DNA of 64,000 nucleotides from Podarcis gaigeae (Eukaryota), in NCBI GenBank assembly GCA_964106915.2, contig OZ066918.1, one strand, 5' to 3'. The translations under genes were made by a program, and so were the position numbers. The notes under the pieces were generated by a model. That model was not told the DNA's origin, ran no database searches, and saw only the letters and a program-made list of their open reading frames with translations. Of this stretch, positions 11,953 to 22,732 are shown piece after piece (positions within the stretch are counted from its first letter, which is position 1; each line of letters begins with the position of its first letter).

Positions 11953-14225
11953 AAGAAATGAGCAAAAGCAAAGCTGTGCAGGAAAAGAAGCATGTGGAGA
12001 GATCATGCGTACTGTGCTGCTACCTAATGGTCATTGGTGGTACTGTGCAACTACTAGAAAGAGCGAGCACTTTGTCCTTTTAACATGAGGAAGGAGTAGC
12101 AGAATTGATGCTCCAATGATTCCAGCACAAGTTTTTTTGAACTTCACGTTTCAGTAATGAGAGTGGGCTTTAGTGATTACACCAGTTTTTTGTTTTAAAA
12201 AGCCATTGCCTTTAAAACGTAGCTGCACCGCATGTACTTCCTTAGATTGTAGACTACCCTATTCTTGCAAATTTTTATCACCTTAAATGCTCTTAGTTCC
12301 TTTATGTTTCATAGCGGAAAATGGATTTGGCATGTGCTACATGGAAAACTCCTGTTAAACGCAGAAATAGGTGTACCCTGTTCTCCTGCTAGTAAAGCCA
12401 GTGCCAGAGGATTCTGTTAACGTGTTTGCTAAAGACATTGCTTGTAATTGCAAGAGTATCTTTTCCTTATATCTTTGATGAAACAACAACTGATTAAAAA
12501 ATTTAAATTTACCACAAATTGAAAGTTTTGATAACGCTTAATTGTCCTTCCTTTTAAGTCATGGTTGGTTACAGATTTAGTGTTCCATATAGAAGACATC
12601 ATGCCTCATTCCAAACAAGTACAGATAAATGTGGGTAAACTGTAGCTTTCTTCTTGCAGATGAGATCTAGGTGTCAGTGAACCCCTTCACAGTATACTTT
12701 CCTGAGCCTTTCAGCCTATAAATATAGTCACACTTGTCTTATTAATGGACTGTGTCTTCAAAGCTGTTGGTTTTGATGCAAAAATAGCTAAATATATTTA
12801 TGCATTTACTTAATATAATTGAGTAATTGCAGTGTGAAATGGGAAATTCTGCTAATTCCCACAATGCTATTTCTTGGATTAATGGTTCTTGCAAAATAAT
12901 CTTTCAATGGATCTAATAGAGGCTTTGCAATGGTAAAGCTTCATTTCTACAAGTTTTACGTCATAATTATGGACAATGTAAATATAAAGCATTGTAAATC
13001 TACAACCGTTCTGTGTTTACCACTAACTTGGTAAATGAAAATCTGAAGTTGCAGTTCCAAACTTTGGTGAATTGAGCTTTGCTGAGATATTCATTCAAGT
13101 AGAACTTTAATGGGTGATTCATTCTGTGGGATGATCTAGAATCAGAATGACTCAGACTTTGATGGTTTCCTTTTCAGCCCAGCCCTAAACATTTAAAATA
13201 CAGTAAATTCAACTGATTTCAGTAGTACTTTTTTCTTATAAAGTATGCCTAGGGCTGCAGTTACTACTAGGCCTTGTTCTTTCAGAGGTCGTACCATGCA
13301 GATTGCAAGTGTGGGCCTCACATCACTGAATCATGCTACTTTATACAGTCTTCTATCCCCCGTCCATTCACACTGGACACAAGCATGTCAGGGAAAAGGT
13401 CAGGCTAGAATCTTCCTCCTAACATCTGATTTGCTATGTGGAGGCAATTTTGGTATGGTACAGTCTAGGCATAAGCTTACTAATTTAGTGAGAATTAGGC
13501 CCAGTACACATTCGCTTGGGTGTAGATTCTTAGGCACTAGCCACAGTTTTAAATGTGTGGGATTTCTTCCCCAAATTTGCTTTAAATAAATTTCTGTTGG
13601 ATTAATTTTCAACATACAAACGTTGCTTTAGGTTTAGGTGCATACGTCTACCCCTTCAAATGGTGCATCAGCAAACACAGTTTCCAGGTTTCTATTTGCA
13701 TAGGGTTTTGTGGAAGAGAAATCTCTGAAAAACCTGTGTGTCACTAAGCTGAAATGTTAATTTGCCAATCCCAAATAAATAGCATGAAGCAGTTTTTAAA
13801 AGGAGGGTATCTGTATATTTATAGTGCTACCCCTAAAGAATACAGTCTTAATTTTGTGGAACCTACAGGTAAAACATGAGTTGTAAAGTTGAAGCACCTT
13901 ATTACTCCATCATTTAGCAGAATACTATTTGGCATGGGTATCATTCATTAATTTCAGTGAAACATTATTTTTTAAAGAAGCCTCACTGCCTCCTGCCGGT
14001 TGGTGTTTACAGAAACGAGTATTTTCTACAGAAAGTCCGAGTCTCCTTAATGCCTGTAGGGGAGAGTTAAGTTGTAAGTGGTAAAGAATCCATTTCATAC
14101 ACTGTGCGAAAAGCTTTTTTAAAACAATCTATTTCTGAACCTAAATTGTCCTGGGACCAGCTCTTGATATAAAAATTCATAGAAACCTGTTTTTTTTCCC
14201 TGAGTGTGGTAACTCCTTGCCTTAG

Positions 14226-14381
14226 NNNNNNNNNNNNNNNNNNNNNNNNNNNNNNNNNNNNNNNNNNNNNNNNNNNNNNNNNNNNNNNNNNNNNNNNNNN
14301 NNNNNNNNNNNNNNNNNNNNNNNNNNNNNNNNNNNNNNNNNNNNNNNNNNNNNNNNNNNNNNNNNNNNNNNNNNNNNNNNN
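14226..14381. other. N block, 156 nt (probable masked conserved element)
   Basis: Run of N in intron 2 with unique-looking flanks. Confidence 0.6.
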
Positions 14382-16230
14382 GAATACAATTACAAATAGC
14401 ACCCTTAGTATTTCTGGTGGCGAGGGTAAAATACAGCATGTTAATGTAAGTTGTTGTGTGGGGTTTTTTTTAAGTTGGCTTTGCAAGAGATTGGAGATCT
14501 GAAGCAGCAGGGGGACAGGGACCTTAAATGTATAATTGGATTTGCATGTAATTCCAGGGCAGCTTTCATGTGTACCCTGTTCTCTACAGTGAGGAAGCAC
14601 AAGCTCGGGTTTGTGTGTTGCCATTGTCACATCTTTTCCTCTAGGTTTCCAGCTAGTCCTATACACCTCCAAGATGAAACTCAGTCATGTATTGTGTCTA
14701 ATGGCAAAAGTGCAGCTAGTGGTTGCTTTCTACAAGAGAGTACAGTATAATTAGTTGCCCTGGCAAGAGTAATTTGGGGGATGGAAGACCAGGGTATCTT
14801 TTAAGATCACGTTGAATAGTACAGTGGCTTAGTAAATATTGATCTGCCTCTGGGCTGCTCTGTATAGGAACTACAGTTGAAAATGCAAGGTGCTAGGTAA
14901 GAGGGAAACCATTGTTAGCCTTAGATATCTTGACTTTATTCTACTGATAACATACCTAAATAAAATTTCATAAAATTCCAGGGTTGTTGTTTTTTAACAT
15001 AATAATTCTCAATCCGTTAGGCATCATAGCTTTAGTATAAATTGCAGCTACTTCAATTTACATAATAATTTCCTTTGTATAGGATAATTTCCAGTCTCTC
15101 TTATTCCATATTAAATACATTAATCTAATTTACATTCACAATTGTTCTAAATACTTCATTCATAAATTTTATCATGGTAATTAAGCATTTATAAATGAGT
15201 GACTCAAAATTCAAATCAATAATTAAAGAGTTTTCCAGATTCTTGTTACCAATGCCTCTGTTGGAGCTGGAGCTTCCATTCCTGACATATGGTCATCTAG
15301 GCTGCTGTTAATAGATGGGTTGTCATCTCAACATCTTCTTGCAGTGTGGCATATAAACAATATACCTAAAGGTGTGGTGGGACTGCAGCACTCACCTGAC
15401 CTCCATCCCGTTGAGTTGCCTCAGCCTATGAGGACCGAAAGGATGAAGGGTGTGACAACAAGTGCATGATGGTGCAAACACAACAGTGGAACCAGTCATG
15501 CTGGCGTGTTTGCACTATACTGACCTTGCTGCTGCTGCATGCCTCCCTTTTTCCATTCTGGTATGCTGCAGCGACTCAGCAAGAAGGAGGTGAACGGCGC
15601 AGCCCCACGAATGATGCCATCTACTGCTGCCTGAAGGGTCTTTGGTCATTTGCATCCAGTGATAGCTCTTATTTCCATCAAGACTGAGTTCCAATGTTCT
15701 AGTTTTGGACATGTCCAAACAACAGCAACAGCAACAACACCAGCACCAGCACGTAAGAACAGCTTTCTGAATCATGCCAGTGTCCCATGTAGTCCATCAT
15801 ACTGTTCTAACAGTATCCAACCAGATGCTTACAACCACATATTTCATACATTAGAATAAATTATATTTAGTCTTGTGGACATTGAGTACCTTCTGAATAA
15901 CAGGAATGAAAAAAGGAACCATCAGCCAATGTGTCTATCTGTCTCTGTCCTCAACCACACTCCTTTCTTTTTTATAAGTTCAGTGACAACATTGCACATA
16001 TAATTTGTTACAAGGTTAGCAAGTAAACAATGAGACGCTTCTGAACCCAGTATCAGCCATTTCAAAAGGCACCCTAAGCACCTTATTTTCTTAGATTTAT
16101 ACTGTCTTTCTTCTACCATGGAGTCCAAGGCAATGCCCCATCCATGCACTGAAACAGACCTCCTTTGCAAGGTGGGGTCTCTTGTGCCTGGCAAACCTTA
16201 ACCAAGACATTTAGAAGGTTATCCTTTATT

Positions 16231-16411
16231 GTGGCAGCTTTTTGTAAGCTGCAGTCTACTTTCTATGCAGGAAGTTTCCTGTCTACTGTGCTCATCTAAT
16301 GTCATTGATTGGAGTCTACAAAGGCTCATGTTGCACTTCATCAGATACTCTCTGTGGCCAGGAAACTTCCTGCGTTTGAAGTAGACTGTGGTCTACAAGT
16401 GCTTATGCCAC
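16231..16411. mobile_element. Fold-back of Penelope-like terminal fragments
   Basis: Imperfect inverted arms at 16231-16281 and 16359-16411; internal cacttcatcagatac motif. Confidence 0.5.
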
Positions 16412-19214
16412 ACAAAATCTGTTTATTTTTTCAGTCCTGCACAATTTTGGCTGCAGCTGGCTAATTTAACTTCTCTCCTGCACATTTGTTTCTGCACATG
16501 GCAATTCAAGGTGATCAGCTGACGCATCCCTATAGAAATGAACTGCACTTGCATCTGTTCAGTGCTTTTCAGCATTGGATTCCAAAGGGGAAGATGGAGA
16601 TTTCCTGAGATTATAGATTTCTTAAATTTAATCTGGGCTGATGAATTGATTTACAACAGCAAAATGTGCACCAAATGCTTATTCAACAAAGCTTATTATT
16701 CCTAAGAGTTTTAAATTCAGAAATGGTAGAATAAGAAAAAAAGACACGAAGAAGCCTGAAAAGAATGAGGCTGACTCAGCCAAGGTTTTCACATTGAAGC
16801 TTCATTTGGGGGTTGGGTGATCTGCTAGATATCCTCTTGCTGAAGTGTGAGTCTTCAAGGAATTATTTAGCTTAAAATAAAGCTTTCGGAATCAAGATGT
16901 AAAATTTCTGGTAATGTTGAAGCTATTAACATTTTAGGAATGGGTGAGATTGAAGTATATCTCACACAGTAGTAAAGCATGTTGCAAATAAGAACATGAA
17001 GTGAGTTATGCCTAATTTAGGTAGCACATGATATCTTTCACTTCATTTAAAATTATACATTCTTTAAGGTTTTTTTTAAAGAAATTCAAACAATAATTAC
17101 AAATATACCTAGTGTTAGAGAAGGAATTCTGCACTCTTCAGGTACCTAAGTGCATTATCTAACCATTTAGCAAATAGGATGCAAAATAAAATAGAAAGTG
17201 GAAGTCATCTATATTGTTAAAAACAGAGAGGAAGGTCTATATGTGTTTATCTGTAGAAATAGATTGTAGACCTCAATATGGCCTTGCCCAAATGAAAGAA
17301 ACATCTGGCCATGGAGAAGTTCTGAAAAGGAATTAACAGACCACATTAAATGAATATTTTGTCAAACTATTTAACCATGTTGTTATAGCAATCACACTGT
17401 TTTTAAACAGAAAGTGTCATCACTTAGTAATGGTCATACTAATTGCAGACAAAACTAGCCATCTTGAACCAGTGTGTCCATGTCCATATACAAAGATTAT
17501 TTCTCCTCTGATTGGAATTTGTACATTGAAAGACACACAGTTTCTGGTTTATTTTTTGTTCCTTTCTCCAGATTTTGTAAATTTAATTCCCCTCAACCCT
17601 CCCCTTGGGCTTCAGAAAAATGGTGGTGTGACTAGAACCTCATTTCCTGCTTTTTTTCCTGGACTGCAATGCAGTGACTATATAGCCCTCCTTTTTGCCT
17701 TGCTCTTGCCCCCAACTACTTTATGATGTCACTTCATTACTAAAATCTGATCAGCTTTAAAGCTCAGGTTTCCCCCGCTTCCAAATTATAATGTGTGTGA
17801 ATTTTTGACTCAAAATCCCAATGACCGGAAGGTACATATGAGTGCTGTAAGATGCTTAAGTGCTTGTTTGGGCACAATAAAATCTGTATCTTTCATTATT
17901 GAACCAGCATCTATTAAATGTATTCCAGGATTAGTTTTCTATTTGAATGTGCAGAAAAAGATGCCTAAATTCCATGACATGCATTTTTGTAAAGATTCAG
18001 TTGAGATAACCACACAGAGTTCTGATCAGAAATGCTTCTATCACCCTAAAATAAACAAAATCAGTTTTCTCATCTGTGTGCCTCAAGTGAGTTGTAATGA
18101 ACTCATATTGGTCTCTTGGCTTTCCAAAACTGTTTTGAGCCTTTCGAGTTTGTCTTGCTCTGACGTTTATCCCATGTGGCAAAGCAGAGTCTTGCATAAT
18201 CACTCCACTTTAATCAATAGAATAATTGATAAACCAGCTAAGATTTAAACTGATTATCTCCCCAGTGGAACTCCCCTAGGGGCCTGGGCCTCTCTAAATT
18301 TTTGACGTCTGTTGTGTACCTTATGTATGAAGTGTGGTTTGAATTATCTGTTTTTATTTGCTTAATGATGGGAGGGTGTTAAAGTCAAATGTTTAATTAA
18401 CCCAGCAATGGGCTGCGCTGTCTCTTACACACGCACCCAGCTGATTGAGATCTCTCTCGGAGAATACTGAATAGGAAGGATAATGTGGCACTCAGACGGA
18501 AGATTGCTTTTTCAATCCATTTGCTGGGTCACTGCTTTGAATGTCTTATTGGATGAAAGGCATTCAGCCCAAGGGAGGGGGGGAGCCCTGCATTTAAGTA
18601 CATTTTGTTTCTCTCCTGGTCCCCTCCCCACCCAGAAGTTAACTAAAACAGATATGTTGTAGGTTTAATAGGCCATTCATGTCCAAGCAAGGGAGTGTGA
18701 ATAGTGGCTTTTAATACACCCTGGCTTAAAGCTGTACAGTTTTCTTTAAAAACCAAAAATCTGACTGGCCTTTAGGTACAAGAGCTGTTCTGTACAAATA
18801 TTCCTGCCTTCCACGTTGCTGTAGTTTGATGGAACCAAAGGGAAACTAACATCCCTGTCTCAGTCAGTGAGGAAATGTTTATTCCTTTGGAAACCATTCT
18901 TTTGATGGATAGATTGCTTTCCAAAGTTAGATTTTGTTAATTGAAACCCTTGTTTTTAAGGATTCGATCATAGTGATGTAGAGGGGTACACCATAGTAAA
19001 ATAGCAGTGGATAAACAGCACAATAGAGGAACGATGCCTCATAAGTTGGCAACATGATTTGATTTGCATGGAATTTTGCTCCATGCTGGGTGAAGTATAT
19101 TTGATTTCCCCCGCAACTTTTGCTTTGGAATCATCTATATGCTGTATCCTGAAAGCAGAGTACAGTATGTTAGAACAGGAAAGAAAAGCTACCATATGTG
19201 TTTTGTGGTTGCTT

Positions 19215-19267
19215 TTTTATTTTATTTTATTTTATTTTATTTATTTTATTTTATTTTATTTATTTTA
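19215..19267. repeat. (TTTTA)n microsatellite
   Basis: Pentanucleotide run with small interruptions. Confidence 0.9.
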
Positions 19268-20895
19268 CTGTGTTTTTGTGCAAATGCAAACAAGACTCTA
19301 CCTAACAAACAAATCTACAGAAAACAAAGAAAGAAAGCAAAGTTTCTGTGGTTGCTTTGTATATGTGTCTGTAAGCAAAAACCTGTGCCTTTTGCCGTGG
19401 TGATCTGCCACATCCCCCTAGCACAATGCATTAGTAGTCTGCTGTCTTTGTAGCTGGGTGTGGGGGTCAGCTGCTCCCTTAACCTGGCCAAGCAGCCTCT
19501 CTCAATCACTGGGCAATGAGCAAGGTGAAGCAGTAGTTCTGTTCTCTAATGATATGTAGTAGCTTCCCCCTCAGTCTGTCCCCCATTCTTAATAGCAGGT
19601 CTCTCGGTGAATCTTAAATTACTGTGGGATCTTTCACCCTGTTATAAAACTTCTTAGGTGGCTCTCCTGTGTTAGGTTGTATACACACATCAGTAGGGTA
19701 TGGACTACTTATTTCAAAGAGCAAGACTGATTTCTAGACTGCAAGCTTTGAAGGAGTGATAATTACACACTTAAGTGATGGCCAGTAACTTTGGTGCAGA
19801 AAGCAGGTAGTATGCTTCATTAGGAAGAGGGATGAATGAGAAGGGTAGGAGGAGAGGAATTGGACCATCCCACATTGCTTGACCATCACAAGTTGAGAAA
19901 CTGGGAACAACAGCTGAAAGCTATGGAGTGTATTTTTGAATAGAGGGTAGCTTCTGCTGTGAGTCAAGTGTTCAGATAATAAGGAAAGGAGATTGTGGGT
20001 CAGCAAAAAGCTAGAATGGATGGATCGGTCTGTTTTCAAGTCCATATCATATTCATGCGCAATTCTTTAAATATGCTTTAAATTTGAATTTGATTTTTAA
20101 AAATCACAAATAAGTATTTAAATACATATTTTATCACAGTACACATTTTTAAATGTATGCTATATTAAAATACTTTTTAATGCATTTTGGTACTTTTTTG
20201 AATGGAGAACTTCATTACAAAATTCACAGACATGCAAAATCTGAAACATGATCCTGTTCCATTCCACACATTAATCCAGGAAGTGCAGATCAGAGCGGGT
20301 CATACTGGAATTCACAAAAATTGAATTCCTCAAGCTTCTGTTCCAGGAACTTCTCAAGAGGAACTTATCCCTTTGCTTATTTCCAGCAAGGAGCCACAAG
20401 ACAATGTCAATCAGCTCTGTAAAAATTTCTCTTGGTTACTTCAGCTCTTCAGATCACTATGCCACAAGTGATTAGGTGTGGCTTACAAAGAGCTAGTCAA
20501 GGAAAGAGGTTAAACAAGCAATAGGCTTCAAAAGGATGCCATATGTGCTTGAATCATACAGTTCATGCATTTCCATCACTTACCGGTAGTTTTACCAAGA
20601 TCTAAGTTTGAATCCTCACTCTCACTTTTCTCCCAACTGGTTGCTGTTTTCAAAGGGTCGCCTTGGGTCAGGCCCATTAATGCCCATGGATCTGAAGGTG
20701 ATTTTGGCATTACGTCATCATGCAAGGGAATGGGTTTGCATAGCAAGATCATGAGGACCTAAAGATGGTATAAGATGCATGGAGTTGTCAAAAGGAATGC
20801 TGGATATGTTTTATGGGGTAGGATTGGTAAGAGAGTTCTGGGTTCAGCTACTTTTAAGAGACATTGGATCTGGCTTTGTATAGCAGATACAAATA

Positions 20896-21119
20896 CAGTA
20901 GTACCTCTGGTTAAGAACATAATTCGTCCTAGAGGTCCATTCTTAAGCTGAAACCGTTCTTATCGTGAGGCGTGCTTTCACAAATGGGGCTTCCCACGAC
21001 GCGCGCCTCCAGCACACAATTTCCGTTTGCATCCTGGGGCAAAGTTTGCAACCAGGAGCAGCTACTTCTGGGTTAGCAGAGCTCGTAACCTGAAGCGTTC
21101 ATAACCAGAGGTACCACTG
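20896..21119 (-). mobile_element. Tc1/pogo (Tigger-like) MITE, inverted relative to the 2879 and 61067 copies
   Basis: TIR CAGTAGTACCTCTGGTTA...TAACCAGAGGTACCACTG with TA at 20894-95 and 21120-21. Confidence 0.88.
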
Positions 21120-21121
21120 TA

Positions 21122-22043
21122 CAGTGGTGCCCCGCAAGACGAACGCCTCGCAAGACGAAAAACCCGCTAGACGAAAGGGTTTTCCGTTTTGGAGGCGCTT
21201 TACAAAACGAATTTCCCTATGGGCTTGCTTCGCAAGAAGAAAGCCCATAGGGAAATCTCCGGGGACCTCTTTTAAATGCTAGCGGTGGGGAGCAAAGCCT
21301 TCCCCCCCCCTCCGGCCTTCAGAAGAGGTCCAGGAAGGCCGGCGGGGGCCGAAAGGCTTTGCTCCCCACCGCCAGCATTTTAAAAGCAGTCCAGGATAGC
21401 AGGGAAGCGCTTCCCGCTATCCTGGATGGCTTTTGAAGGCAGGCAGGGGGGACAAAGACTTTTGCCCCCCGCCCGACTTCAGAAGAGGTCCTGGACCTCT
21501 TCTGAAGGCCGGCGGGGGGCAAAAGTCTTTGTCCCCCCTGCCTGCCTTCCCGGGAGAGCGGAGAAACATTTTAAGATCGCCCCGGACAGCGGAGAAGTCC
21601 TCCGCTGTCCCGGGGTTTTTAAAATGCTGGGGGACGGCAGCGAAGGGTTCGCTGCCGCCCGCCAGCATTTTAAGATCGCCCCGGGACAGCGGAGAAGTCT
21701 CCGCTGTCCCGGGGGCTTTTAAATTGCTGGGGGACGGCAGCGAACGCTTCGCTGCCGCCTGCCAGCATTTTAAGATCGCCCCAGGTCTCCGCTGTCCCGG
21801 GAAGTCTCCGCTGTACCGGGAAGGCAGGCGGGGGGGAAGCAAAGACTTTCGCCCCCCCACTGGCCTTCAGAAGAGGTCGGGGGACAGACTGTCCCAGGAC
21901 CTGGTCTGATGGCGGTTTCCATAGGAACGCATTTAATTGATTTTTAATGCATTCCTATGGGAAACCGTGCTTCGCAAGACGAAAAACTCGCAAGACGAAA
22001 AGACTTGCGGAACGAATTAATTTCGTCTTGCGAGGCACCACTG
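21122..22043. mobile_element. 922-bp GC-rich Tc1/pogo-type non-autonomous element with internal palindromes and ~100-bp tandem units
   Basis: TIR CAGTGGTGCCCCGCAAGACGAA...TTCGTCTTGCGAGGCACCACTG with TA TSD (21120-21, 22044-45); subterminal CGCAAGACGAAAA repeats. Confidence 0.92.
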
Positions 22044-22488
22044 TATTGGAGTACAAGTTAGAAAGCTGTATCTGGAAAATTTGATACAGAATGTACAGTG
22101 AAGCTAGCCTACCTTATAATGCATTTTTCAAGTGCCTGCAGCTCCCATGCAGATTAAGCTATAATATTGAGAAGAATCTGTGTCTAGAGAATTTTAATAA
22201 ATAAAGTGTTTAAAAAAGAATGCCTCCCCAGACCTTTTGACTCCTGCTGCCTCTTGTTAGTGATAGAAATATGTTTTTGATACCCCTGTGACATATCACT
22301 ATTGGTTCAAAGTCTGTTTTTGTGCTGTTCTTTCTCTACTCGGAAAGTGTTCTTAGGCAACTTGTTTTATTCATGAAAGTTTTAAATTACCGTACATTGC
22401 AGAGGGGAGAATGAAAGTGACCAATTCTTGAATTTGATGCTTCTTCTATGCTGGAATCCAGCATTTTAAAAGTATTGTGTGTTTAAAC

Positions 22489-22732
22489 CATGGGTAGGCA
22501 AACTAAGGCTGGATCCGGCCCAATCACCTTCTAAATCCAGCCCATGGATGGTCCTGGAATCAGCGTGTTTTTACATGAGTAGAATGTGTCCTTTTATTTA
22601 ACATGCATCTCTTTATTTTATTTGTGGGGCATAGGAATTTGTTCATTATTTTTTCCAAAATATAGTCCAGCCCCCCACAAGGTCTGAGGGACAGTGGACC
22701 GGCCCCCTGCTGAAAAGGTTTGCTGACCCTTG
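22489..22732. mobile_element. hAT (Charlie-type) MITE
   Basis: Ends CATGGGTAGGCAAAC / GGTTTGCTGACCCTTG; ggccc-rich subterminal motifs; 8-bp TSD only partly preserved (gtttaaac on the left). Confidence 0.8.

Noticed and set aside
15425-15450. cctatgaggaccgaaaggatgaag as a hammerhead
   Set aside because: It lacks CUGA and a GAAA after stem II, and no stems I or III could be formed.
21567-21800. Tandem palindromic repeats as a CRISPR-like array
   Set aside because: Vertebrate intron, no unique spacers, no cas genes; bounded by TIRs and a TA TSD.
21319-21909. Overlapping 67-158 aa ORFs on both strands
   Set aside because: A by-product of GC-rich palindromic repeats inside a MITE; no transposase motifs.
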